DNA from: an uncultured Brevundimonas sp.
GTDB taxonomy: Bacteria; Pseudomonadota; Alphaproteobacteria; Caulobacterales; Caulobacteraceae
Direction: 5' to 3'
Assembly (NCBI GenBank): GCA_964398675.1
Contig: CAYNNT010000001.1
Location: 38,541 to 102,540 of the forward strand
DNA: 64,000 bases
A program made the translations under genes and the position numbers. A model generated the notes under the pieces. The model was not told the DNA's origin, did no database searches, and saw nothing but the letters and a program-made list of their open reading frames with translations. This document shows, piece after piece, positions 29,769 through 38,457 of the stretch; position 1 is the first letter of the stretch; every line of letters begins with the position of its first letter.

Positions 29769-30755
29769 TCAGCGGCCGAGCGCGGGCTGGTCCATGAAGG
29801 CGGCGTCCAGACCATGGGCCTTGAAGCGGGCGAGGCGTTCGCGGAGGCGACCGTGGGCCAGAGGGTCGGCGCCGAGGCGGTCGAGGTCGGGCAGGAACTG
29901 ATTCTCGGCGCGGAAGGTCCAGCCGGCGACCTTGAGGCCGGCGGCGTGGGCGTCGCGGATGAGGGCGGTCGGCGCACCGGGGGTCGGTTCGATCAGGGCC
30001 GTGTCGACGCCGATCCAGTCGGCGTATCGCGCGACCTCCGCGAGGCCGTCGGGCGTGGTCAGGGCGGCGTAGCTGAGGTCCGGGCGGTCGACCGGGCCGC
30101 CGGATGCGGCGACCAGCTGCAGCAAGGGCGCGGCGAGGCGGGCGCGCAGGCGTCGCAGGGTTCCTGTCTCGAAACACTGGATCAGGATCGGCGCGTCCGC
30201 AGCGGTCAGGCCGCGCCGTTGCAGGGTCGCGACGAAGGCGTCCTCCATCGGCAGGCCGAGGGCGGCGAAATACGACGGGTGTTTGAGCTCGGGGGCGACG
30301 CCCACGCCGGCCGCGGCGGCGATGTCGAGCACCTCGTCGAAGGTCAGAAGCGGCTCCTGGCCGTCGAAGGCGGTGTTGGCGGGGCGGATGGCGGGCAGGC
30401 GCTCGCGGGCGCGCAGGGTCTTCAGTTCGGCGAGGGTGAAGTCCTCGGTGAACCAGCCGGTGACGGCCGCGCCGTCGATGGTTTTTGTCGTGTGGCGGTC
30501 GGCGAATTCGGTATGGGCGGCGACGTCTGTCGTGTCGCCGATCTCGTTCTCGTGGCGCACGACCAGGACGCCGTCGCGGCTGATGACCAGATCGGGTTCG
30601 ATGAAGTCGGCGCCCTGATCGATGGCGAGGTCATAGGCCGCGCGGGTGTGCTCGGGCCGCTCGCCCGAGGCCCCGCGGTGGGCGATGATGAGGGGGTGGG
30701 CCAGCGCGGGACTCGCGGTCAGGAGGACGACGGTCAGCACGATGAGCCGGATCAT
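29769..30755 (-). CDS. glycerophosphodiester phosphodiesterase, exported
   Basis: Signal peptide; IIAHRGASGERPEHT, FIEPDLV, VVRHE. Confidence 0.92.
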   Translation of the reverse strand: MIRLIVLTVVLLTASPALAHPLIIAHRGASGERPEHTRAAYDLAIDQGADFIEPDLVISRDGVLVVRHENEIGDTTDVAAHTEFADRHTTKTIDGAAVTGWFTEDFTLAELKTLRARERLPAIRPANTAFDGQEPLLTFDEVLDIAAAAGVGVAPELKHPSYFAALGLPMEDAFVATLQRRGLTAADAPILIQCFETGTLRRLRARLAAPLLQLVAASGGPVDRPDLSYAALTTPDGLAEVARYADWIGVDTALIEPTPGAPTALIRDAHAAGLKVAGWTFRAENQFLPDLDRLGADPLAHGRLRERLARFKAHGLDAAFMDQPALGR

Positions 30756-30803
30756 GCCCCGGGGATAGGGGCGGCCGGTGACGTCGGAATGACGGTGCAT
30801 ATT

Positions 30804-30994
30804 CCGCTATCGTCATTCCGGGCGGAGCGTAGCGGAGACCCGGAACCCAGCGGCGCGCGAGAGCGCGAAGCTGTCGGGAGCACCGATGGCGGCGATCCAT
30901 TCGCAAAGGCCGGTGTTTCGCCGCCGTCGCGGCGCCGCTGGGTTCCGGGTCTCCGAGCCGCTGCGCGTCTCTGCGCCCGGAATGACGATAGCGG
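30804..30994. repeat. palindromic REP/MITE-like element (CGTC-type), copy B, inverted relative to copy A
   Basis: 21-bp perfect terminal IR CCGCTATCGTCATTCCGGGCG; interior similar to the reverse complement of copy A. Confidence 0.85.
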
Positions 30995-31014
30995 TGGGGG
31001 TGGCGCCGGGGAGG

Positions 31015-31920
31015 TTACGCCCCCAGAATCCAGCCCTCTTCCTGCTCGACCTGTGCAATCAGGGCCTCGGTCGCGCCCCTGGGCGGGGCGAAGGCGGCGG
31101 AGAGGGTTCCGGCCTCGTCGAGGGCGGCGAAATGCTCGGCCGTGACGCGGACCTGGGCCTGGTCCTTGAACTCGCCTTCGTTCGGTTTGGCGTCGAACAT
31201 CGACGGGTAGACCTCGACGACGAGGGCCGAGAGCGGCTCCACATCGGCGGCGTCCAGGGCGCGCCAGCCGGTGCCGAAGGGCCAGACGGCGCCCGAGGGG
31301 CCGAGCTTCTCGAGCAGGCGGCGGACCGCGGGGATGCCGACCAGGGTCTGGCCGCCGACCGCGCCGGCGCCGTGCATCTGCCAGACGCTCTTGGGCTGGA
31401 GCTTGCCCTTGCGGACGGCGTCCTGGGTCGCGCGGTATTCGGGGATGTCCGCGCCGGAACCGGCGGGCGGCTTGGTCGTGGTCAGCCAGCGCTGGGCCTG
31501 GTTGGCCGGGGCGCCCCACATGGGCCAGGCCTCATCGGTCATCAGCCGGTTGATCTTGGCCGCGACCTGATAGCGGTTGTTGGTGTTGTCGGGCTTGTCG
31601 ACCACGTTGGCGGCGAGGAATTTCCACATCGCCGACCAGGGCATGCCTGTGAGATTCAGCCGTTCGGCCGTGCCGGCGGGGAAGCCAAAATTGAAGTCGA
31701 AACCGACCAGCACGCGGTCGCCGCGCTTGCGGTGGTCGGCCAGCAGGGAGGCCAGCAGAGCCTCGCCCTCGGCGCGCGTCGCGACATTGTGGGTCTCGGT
31801 ATAGAGGCGGAAACGCACGTCGCGTTTGGCCACGCCCAGCCACAGGGACGTATCGCCGAGCTTCTTGCCCTCGGCGGCGGTCCAGTCAGCGATGATGTAG
31901 GCGTCGAACAGGCGGGCCAC
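31015..31920 (-). CDS. predicted RNase H-fold nuclease/hydrolase (DUF429-like)
   Basis: IADWTAA, VGFDFNFGFP, VVEVYPS, EEGWILG acidic motifs; GAGGAG SD. Confidence 0.65.
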   Translation of the reverse strand: MARLFDAYIIADWTAAEGKKLGDTSLWLGVAKRDVRFRLYTETHNVATRAEGEALLASLLADHRKRGDRVLVGFDFNFGFPAGTAERLNLTGMPWSAMWKFLAANVVDKPDNTNNRYQVAAKINRLMTDEAWPMWGAPANQAQRWLTTTKPPAGSGADIPEYRATQDAVRKGKLQPKSVWQMHGAGAVGGQTLVGIPAVRRLLEKLGPSGAVWPFGTGWRALDAADVEPLSALVVEVYPSMFDAKPNEGEFKDQAQVRVTAEHFAALDEAGTLSAAFAPPRGATEALIAQVEQEEGWILGA

Positions 31921-31996
31921 GGGGGCTCCTCAGGGTACTCGGTCACAGGGAATGGGGGGTTCTAGCGGTCCGGGGGCGGAAGGGCGATACCCAAAC

Positions 31997-32132
31997 ATCC
32001 GCTCATCCCGGCGAAAGCCGGGACCCAGTGCTTTGGGTGAACGGCTGTTCCGGCCAGTCGCCCGGCCAGTCCTGAATCACCGGCGTCTCGCTGGACAGGA
32101 CTGGGTCCCGGCTTTCGCCGGGATGAGCGGAT
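31997..32132. repeat. palindromic REP-like element (CATCCCGGCGAAAGCCGGGACCCA type)
   Basis: 33-bp perfect IR 31997-32029 / 32100-32132, each arm with a GAAA-loop hairpin. Confidence 0.85.
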
Positions 32133-32137
32133 TGAGT

Positions 32138-32653
32138 TTATCCCTTCAACAAGGCTTCCAGATGCGAGAGCCAGCGGCGGCCGAGGCGGAGGGCCTCGCC
32201 GGGGGAGCTGGTCTGGACCGGGAGGGTGGCGTCCCAGAGGGCCAGTTCGAACTCGGGATGGCGGGCGTCCGCGAACATCAGCCGCAGCACCACCTGTTCG
32301 GCGTCCGGGGCCATGAGGTCGAGCGCCTTGCGGGCCTCGCCGCGGCGGACGCGGGCGACGACGTGGCCGTCGACGATGATCTCGCCGCCCTCGATCTCCT
32401 CGAAGGCATAGACCAGGCCGGAGCCGCCGCGGTTCCAGAGCACGGCGACCTGGGCGCCGTCGAAGTCGAGGCCGGCGGCGCGGCCCTCGGCGGGCGACAG
32501 GGCCTCGGCCTCGGGCGTGGCGCCGAGGGATTTCAGCAGGGCGCGGCGCATGCGGCGGACGGGCTCCATCCACCAGTTCAGGACCAGGGCGCCCGTGGTC
32601 AGGGCCGCCGCCGCGAGGGCGACCAGCAGTATGACCCTGAGCACATCGGCCAA
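32138..32653 (-). CDS. hypothetical membrane-anchored protein
   Basis: TTG start just after the xth stop; N-terminal TM; host-like codons. Confidence 0.7.
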   Translation of the reverse strand: MADVLRVILLVALAAAALTTGALVLNWWMEPVRRMRRALLKSLGATPEAEALSPAEGRAAGLDFDGAQVAVLWNRGGSGLVYAFEEIEGGEIIVDGHVVARVRRGEARKALDLMAPDAEQVVLRLMFADARHPEFELALWDATLPVQTSSPGEALRLGRRWLSHLEALLKG

Positions 32654-32655
32654 GC

Positions 32656-33453
32656 TCAGTCCTCCAGCTCGACGACGACGGGGACGTGGTCGGAAGGCTT
32701 CTCCATGTCGCGGGCGTCGCGATGGGTCTCGACGCCGACGAAGCGGTCGGCGGCCTGGGGCGAGAGCAGGTGGAAGTCGATGCGGATGCCGTGGTCGCGC
32801 TGCCAGGCCCCGGCCTGGTAGTCCCAGAAGGTGAAGGTCCCGGGCGGCTGTTTGCCCAACGCCCCGGCCTCCGACAGACCGAGATTGTTGAGGGCGCGGA
32901 AGGCGGCGCGGCTCTCGGGCTGGAACAGGGCGTCGGTCACCCAGGCGGCCGGGTTCTTCGCGTCGTCAGGCGTGGGGATGACGTTGTAGTCTCCGCACAG
33001 GGTGAAGGCCTCTTCTTGCCGGAGCAGGTTCTTCGCATGGGCCTGAAGCCGGTCCATCCAGGCGAGTTTGTAGGCGAATTTCTCGGTGCCGATGGGGTTG
33101 CCGTTGGGCAGGTAGAGGCAGCCGACGCGGACCGGGCGCGGGCATTCGATCACGGCCTCGATATAGCGGGCCTGTTCGAACTCGGCCTCGAAGCCCGAGG
33201 CGTCGACGCCGGGCAGGCCGCGGCGGACGTCGCTGAGCGGGTATTTCGAGAGCAGGGCGACGCCGTTGTAGGTTTTCTGGCCGTTGGTCTCGACGTTGTA
33301 GCCGAGCGACTCAAAGGCCTCGCGGGGGAATTTCTCGTCGAGGCATTTGATCTCCTGGAATCCGACCACGTCGGGTTGGACCGCTTCCAGCCACGCCAGC
33401 ACCGTGGGCAGGCGGGCGTTGACGGAGTTCACGTTCCAGGTGGCGATGCGCAT
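32656..33453 (-). CDS. xth: exodeoxyribonuclease III
   Basis: MRIATWNVNS, QEIK, YNGVA, YLPNG, GDYN, RID, SDH. Confidence 0.96.
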   Translation of the reverse strand: MRIATWNVNSVNARLPTVLAWLEAVQPDVVGFQEIKCLDEKFPREAFESLGYNVETNGQKTYNGVALLSKYPLSDVRRGLPGVDASGFEAEFEQARYIEAVIECPRPVRVGCLYLPNGNPIGTEKFAYKLAWMDRLQAHAKNLLRQEEAFTLCGDYNVIPTPDDAKNPAAWVTDALFQPESRAAFRALNNLGLSEAGALGKQPPGTFTFWDYQAGAWQRDHGIRIDFHLLSPQAADRFVGVETHRDARDMEKPSDHVPVVVELED

Positions 33454-33617
33454 ACGCCATGCTTACGGCGCGTCGGGGCGGTCTGTGAAGCAGGGATCTC
33501 CCGGACGACCTTGCCGTCAGGTCGAAACAAACGGGCGGCAAGGTCGTCCGAAATTACGCTGGAGCGAAATCTGAGCCCTGGCGGACTGCGTCCACCAGGA
33601 CCGATTTCGCTCTAACG

Positions 33618-33647
33618 AAAAACGCCCCGGAGCGAACTCCGGGGCGT
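33618..33647 (-). terminator. intrinsic terminator of the Cys-rich protein gene
   Basis: ACGCCCCGGAG/CTCCGGGGCGT stem followed by a T-run on the minus strand. Confidence 0.85.
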
Positions 33648-33671
33648 CATCTTGATGGAACTGCCGTCCGG

Positions 33672-34670
33672 TTACTCGGTCGGCGGCAGGGCCGGCGCCG
33701 GGGTGAACCGGCAGCCGCCGCCGATGCGCTGGGCGGTGGCGCAGGGATAGATCTGCTGGGTCACGCCCTCGTTGTTGATGCGGGCGATATACCCCTCGCC
33801 CTCGGCGGCGCATTTGGCCTCGAAGAAGCGGCCGTTGGCGTTGGAGCCCATCAGGCGCACCTGGGTGACGTCGCAGGCGGCGGCGTCGGTGCCGGCCAGT
33901 TTGGGCTCGAAGCCGTCAGCCTGTTCCTGGGCGGTGGTGAAGCGGCAGGCGCCGCCGGTCGAGTTGACCTGCAGGCAGTCCTTGAGGTCCCAGCCCGTTC
34001 CGACGCGTTCCAGCCAGTAGCCGTCGACGCCGGCGCAGCCGATCTCATAGACGATGTTGTCGGCGTCGCTCTTGCCGATGGCGACGGCCTGGTCGACCGT
34101 GCAGCTGACGCCGGCGGTGCGGGCCCAGCCGCCGATGACGGCGAGGCCGTTCTGGTTGGCGGGCAGGGCGCATTGCTGGCCCACGTCGGCGGCGGGATCG
34201 CGCAGGCGGGCGGTGTAGGCGGTGCCGGCCAGCTCAAGGCAGTCGAAGCTCTGGGGCGGGACCGACTCGATCAGGATCAGGCCGGGGCCTTCCGAACAGG
34301 CGGCTTCATAGATCTTCTGCTGTTCGGCGTTCATGCCGGGCTGGGCGGCTTCGGTCACCTGGCAGGCGGCGCCGGTGGCGACGACCAGGGCCTGGGCGGC
34401 GGCCTTGATTTCCTCGGGCGTGGGGACGACCGGAGCCGGCGCGGGGCGGTTGCGGGTCGCGCGGCTCTCGGGCACCTGGTCGCGACGACCGCCGCCGACG
34501 CGGCCGGGCAGGACGCTTTCGCCCCGGATCGTGCCGGAGGCCCGGTCAGATTCGGACCGGCCGACCGTGCCTGGCGTGTCGGGCGTATCCTGGGCGAAGG
34601 CAGGCTGGGCCGCGATCAGCGCAAGGGCCAGGGCGCCGCCCGCGAGCGCGAGCAATTTTCTGTGGAACAC
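33672..34670 (-). CDS. secreted Cys-rich repeat protein
   Basis: Signal peptide AFA-Q; 12 Cys in three 4-Cys repeats, each with (Y/F)ExxC-x2-4-GxG/GY. Confidence 0.8.
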   Translation of the reverse strand: MFHRKLLALAGGALALALIAAQPAFAQDTPDTPGTVGRSESDRASGTIRGESVLPGRVGGGRRDQVPESRATRNRPAPAPVVPTPEEIKAAAQALVVATGAACQVTEAAQPGMNAEQQKIYEAACSEGPGLILIESVPPQSFDCLELAGTAYTARLRDPAADVGQQCALPANQNGLAVIGGWARTAGVSCTVDQAVAIGKSDADNIVYEIGCAGVDGYWLERVGTGWDLKDCLQVNSTGGACRFTTAQEQADGFEPKLAGTDAAACDVTQVRLMGSNANGRFFEAKCAAEGEGYIARINNEGVTQQIYPCATAQRIGGGCRFTPAPALPPTE

Positions 34671-34810
34671 GAGAACACTCCGAACAGGATAACCGTTGGC
34701 TCAACCCTTGGCGGGCCGATGTGGCGGGGTCAAGGCGTGCGCTCGCGAGCGGCTGGACGGCGGATGCCGCTTGGGCGTATCTAGACGATCAGTTGCAATT
34801 GGAGACGGAC

Positions 34811-35902
34811 TTGGCGGACGGCGCTGTCCCGGCGGAGATCGATCAGGCGGCCCGTGACGGGCGCGGCCTGACCTATCCGCATCCGGCGCCCCCGGGATTC
34901 GGCGAGGCCATCGCGGTCGCGCCGGGCGTGCTGTGGATGCGACTGTCGATGCCGATCGCCCTGAACCACATCAATGTCTATGCGGTCGAGGACGGCGAAG
35001 GCTGGGCCCTGGTCGATACCGGTCTGAACATCCCCGATTCGCGCGAGCGCTGGGAGGCGATGCTGGCGGGACCGCTGGGCGGGCGGCCGGTAACCCGGGT
35101 GATCTGCACCCACATGCATCCCGACCATATCGGCCTGGCCGGCTGGCTGTGCGAGCGGACGGGCGCGCCGCTGGTGATGACGCGGGTGGAGTATGTGACG
35201 GCGCGGATGCTGCTGGCCGATACCGGACAGCCGGCGCCGGAGGCGGGGGCGGTCCACTATCGCGCGGCTGGCTGGGATCCCGAGCAGATTGAAACGTATC
35301 GCCGGGAATACGGGCAGTTCGGCCGGGCGGTCTCGCCCATGCCGACCGGCTTTGTGCGGATGCGCGAGGGCGACCGGCTGAGCATCGGCGGGCAGGACTG
35401 GCGGGTGGTGGTCGGCGAGGGGCACAGCCCGGAGCACGCCTGTCTGTGGCGCGAGTCGGACGGCGTGGTGCTGGGCGGGGACCAGATCCTGCCGCGGATA
35501 TCGTCGAATGTGTCGGTCTGGCCGACCGAGCCGGATGCGGACCCGCTGGGCGACTGGCTGGACTCGCTGGAGCGGATGAAGGGCGTCCTGCCGCACGACG
35601 GGCTGATCCTGCCCTCGCATGGCGAGCCCTTCCACGGCGTGCACACGCGGCTGGACGCCCTGATCCGGGGGCATGAGGTTTCGCTGAAGCGGCTGGAGAA
35701 GACGCTGCAGACGCCGAAGCGTGCGGTGGATGTGTTCGGCGCCCTGTTCGCCCGCGCGGTCGGCGACGGCGTGCGGGGGATGGCCACGGGCGAGGCCATC
35801 GCGCATTTGAACTATCTGCTGCATCGGGGCCGGGTCACCCGGACGCGCGATGCGGACGGCGTGGACTGGTGGACGATGATCAAACGGGGAGAGGCGGCGT
35901 GA
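34811..35902 (+). CDS. MBL-fold metallo-hydrolase
   Basis: LNHINVY, VDTG, THMHPDHIG, GHSPEH, LPSHG; TTG start after GGAG. Confidence 0.9.
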   Translation: MADGAVPAEIDQAARDGRGLTYPHPAPPGFGEAIAVAPGVLWMRLSMPIALNHINVYAVEDGEGWALVDTGLNIPDSRERWEAMLAGPLGGRPVTRVICTHMHPDHIGLAGWLCERTGAPLVMTRVEYVTARMLLADTGQPAPEAGAVHYRAAGWDPEQIETYRREYGQFGRAVSPMPTGFVRMREGDRLSIGGQDWRVVVGEGHSPEHACLWRESDGVVLGGDQILPRISSNVSVWPTEPDADPLGDWLDSLERMKGVLPHDGLILPSHGEPFHGVHTRLDALIRGHEVSLKRLEKTLQTPKRAVDVFGALFARAVGDGVRGMATGEAIAHLNYLLHRGRVTRTRDADGVDWWTMIKRGEAA

Positions 35903-36672
35903 GCGACCAAATTCAGACCGAACTGGCGGGCGGCGTCCTGACCGTCACCCTGGCGCGGCCGGAGAAGAAGAACGCCATCACCCAGGCGATGTACGCCGTG
36001 CTGGCCGAGGCAACCAACCGGGCGCGGACGGACGACGCCGTGCGGGTGCTGGTCTTCAAGGGCCAGGGCGACAGCTTCTCGGCGGGCAATGACATCGCCG
36101 ACTTCATCGCCCTCGGCTCGCAGGGACAGCAGCCGGCGCAGATGCCGGTGTTCGATTTTCTCAAGGCGCTGGCCGATCTGGACAAGCCGGCGGTGGCCGC
36201 CGTGCGGGGGCGGGCGGTCGGCATCGGTCTGACGCTGCTGCTGCATTGCGACATGGTGGTGGTGGCCGAGGACGCCCTGCTGTCGGTTCCCTTCATCAAC
36301 CTGGCGCTGGCGCCGGAAGCGGCGTCGTCGCTGCTGCTGCCTGCCGTACTGGGCCATCAGCGGGCGTTTGAACTGTTCGCCCTGGGCGAGCCCATCGACG
36401 GCCGGACGGCGGTCGCCTGGGGACTGGCCAACCGGGCGGTTCCGGCGGACCAGGTCGACGCCCTGGCGGCCGAACTGGCAGGCAAGCTGGCCGCGCGGGC
36501 GCCGAACTCCATCCGCAAGACCAAGCGGCTGATGCGCGACGCCGAGCGGCTGTGGGCGCTGATGCAGCGCGAGGGCGAGGCCTTCGGCAGCCAGATGACC
36601 AGCCCCGAGGCGATGGAGGCCTTCATGGCCTTCAGCCAGAAGCGGTCGCCCGACTTTTCAAAAGCCGGTTGA
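35899..36672 (+). CDS. enoyl-CoA hydratase/isomerase family protein
   Basis: RPEKKNA, FSAGND, AVGIG..LLLHCD, PEA. Confidence 0.92.
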   Translation: MSDQIQTELAGGVLTVTLARPEKKNAITQAMYAVLAEATNRARTDDAVRVLVFKGQGDSFSAGNDIADFIALGSQGQQPAQMPVFDFLKALADLDKPAVAAVRGRAVGIGLTLLLHCDMVVVAEDALLSVPFINLALAPEAASSLLLPAVLGHQRAFELFALGEPIDGRTAVAWGLANRAVPADQVDALAAELAGKLAARAPNSIRKTKRLMRDAERLWALMQREGEAFGSQMTSPEAMEAFMAFSQKRSPDFSKAG

Positions 36673-36706
36673 TTCGCGGGCGCGTCGGCCCTAGTTGCGC
36701 GCCCTC

Positions 36707-37183
36707 ATGTTCGACGCCCCCGCCAGACCCGCTCCCTTGCGCATCGAGATCGAAGCGCCCGCCGATGCGGCGGCGGTCGAGGGTCTCGTGCTGGCCGCCT
36801 TCGGTCCGGGCCGGTTCGCCAAGACGGCGGAGCGGTTGCGGGAGCGGGCGCGGATCGCGGCCGGGTTCGTGGCGCGCGAGGACGGACAGATCATCGGCTC
36901 GGTACGGCTCTGGGCCATCACCCTTGATGGAGCGCCGGCGCTGTTTCTCGGTCCCATAGCCGTGTCGGCCGCCAGCCGTCGGGCTGGACTGGGCGCCGAT
37001 CTGGTGCAGGCCTGCGTCGACCATGCCGGAGATGTCGGCATCCTTCTGGTCGGCGACCTTCCGTATTTCGGCCGGTTCGGGTTCAGGCCGGCGCCGGATG
37101 CGCGACTCGGCGGGCCCGTCGATCAAGGCCGGGTGCTGTGGCGGGGTGCGGGCGAGGCGACGGGAACCGTGCTGCCGGCCTGA
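36707..37183 (+). CDS. GNAT family N-acetyltransferase (YhbS-like)
   Basis: AFGPGRF, LGPIAV...GLG, LVGDLPYFGRFGF. Confidence 0.88.
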   Translation: MFDAPARPAPLRIEIEAPADAAAVEGLVLAAFGPGRFAKTAERLRERARIAAGFVAREDGQIIGSVRLWAITLDGAPALFLGPIAVSAASRRAGLGADLVQACVDHAGDVGILLVGDLPYFGRFGFRPAPDARLGGPVDQGRVLWRGAGEATGTVLPA

Positions 37184-37234
37184 CTCGCCGGTCGACGCCT
37201 TTCCGATCCGCCCGACGCGGCCTAAGTCTGGGCC

Positions 37235-37801
37235 ATGGCTGAATCCGCGGACAGCAAGACAGGACTGGCGGGCGTCGCAGCGGCGGCCAAACAGGCCCCC
37301 GGCAGGGGGCTGCCTCCCGTGCACCTTTGGCATCCGGCGCACTGCGGCGAGATCGATATCGTCATCCGGCGGGACGGTCTGTGGATGCATGAGGGCTCGC
37401 CGATCGGGCGGGCCGAGCTGGTGCGGCTGTTCTCGACGGTGCTGCGCAAGGACGCCGACGGCTATGTGCTGGTCACGCCGGGCGAGAAGCTGTCGATCAC
37501 GGTCGAGGACCTGCCGTTCCGGGCTGTGAGCGTGGAGCGGCGCGGCGGGGCCCTGGTTTTCACCACCGATGTGGGCGACGAAACGGAGGCGGGGCCGGAG
37601 CATCCGATCCGCGTCGAGACCGATCCGGGCACCGGAGAGCCGGCGCCGTCGGTGCATGTCCGGGCCGACCTGTGGGCGCGGATCGCGCGGCCGGTCTTCT
37701 ATGAACTGGTGGAGATGGCGAGCGTCGAGGACGGGCGGCTGACGGTGCGCTCGGGCGGGGTCGCCTTCGCCCTCGGACCGGTCGGGGCGGGCGTGGAATG
37801 A
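37235..37801 (+). CDS. DUF1285 family protein
   Basis: PPVHLWHPAHCGEID, LVRLFSTVLRKD, LVTPGEK. Confidence 0.9.
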   Translation: MAESADSKTGLAGVAAAAKQAPGRGLPPVHLWHPAHCGEIDIVIRRDGLWMHEGSPIGRAELVRLFSTVLRKDADGYVLVTPGEKLSITVEDLPFRAVSVERRGGALVFTTDVGDETEAGPEHPIRVETDPGTGEPAPSVHVRADLWARIARPVFYELVEMASVEDGRLTVRSGGVAFALGPVGAGVE

Positions 37802-38457
37802 GTCTGGCGACCCTGCGCGAGCGATTGATCGAATATCTGGAGCCGGCCGCCAGCTGGACGGCGGACCGCGCCCCCACGCGCTCGGATTTCGACCTCAACC
37901 CCGAGGCCGAGCGGCCCGAGCGCACCTTGAGGCCGGCCGCGGTGCTGATTCCCGTGATCGCGGGGCCGGATGGGGCGACGGTGCTGATGACCCGTCGGTC
38001 CGACAGCCTGGCCAGCCACACCGGTCAGATCGCCTTTCCCGGCGGGCGGCTGGATCCCGGCGAGACCGCGGTCGAGGCTGCCCTGCGCGAGGCCTTCGAG
38101 GAGGTGGCGCTGGATCCCGCGCTGGTCGAGGTGCTGGGCGTCGGCGACGCCTATGAGACGGGCACCGGCTTTCTGGTGACGCCCGTGGTCGGCTGGCTGA
38201 CGGAGACGCCGGCGACCGAGGCGGCGCCGGACGAGGTGGCCGAGGTGTTCGAGGCGCCGTGGGACTTCCTCATGGACCCGGCCAACCATCGCCGCGATTC
38301 CTACGACCGTGAGGGCCAGCCGCGCCGCTGGTACTGGGCCATCACCCATGAGGAACGCTATATCTGGGGGGTGACGGCGGGGATCGTGCGGGCGCTGCGG
38401 ACGCGGCTGTACGGCGAGGATGTCCGCCCGGATGCCGTGTCGGAGGACGCGGCGTGA
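37798..38457 (+). CDS. CoA pyrophosphatase (Nudix, NudL-like)
   Basis: AAVLIP, HTGQIAFPGG, AALREAFEEVAL, IWGVTA. Confidence 0.92.
   Translation: MSLATLRERLIEYLEPAASWTADRAPTRSDFDLNPEAERPERTLRPAAVLIPVIAGPDGATVLMTRRSDSLASHTGQIAFPGGRLDPGETAVEAALREAFEEVALDPALVEVLGVGDAYETGTGFLVTPVVGWLTETPATEAAPDEVAEVFEAPWDFLMDPANHRRDSYDREGQPRRWYWAITHEERYIWGVTAGIVRALRTRLYGEDVRPDAVSEDAA

Noticed and set aside
25172..32132. Palindromic elements as IS elements or tRNAs
   Set aside because: No transposase ORF; no cloverleaf, T-loop or CCA features
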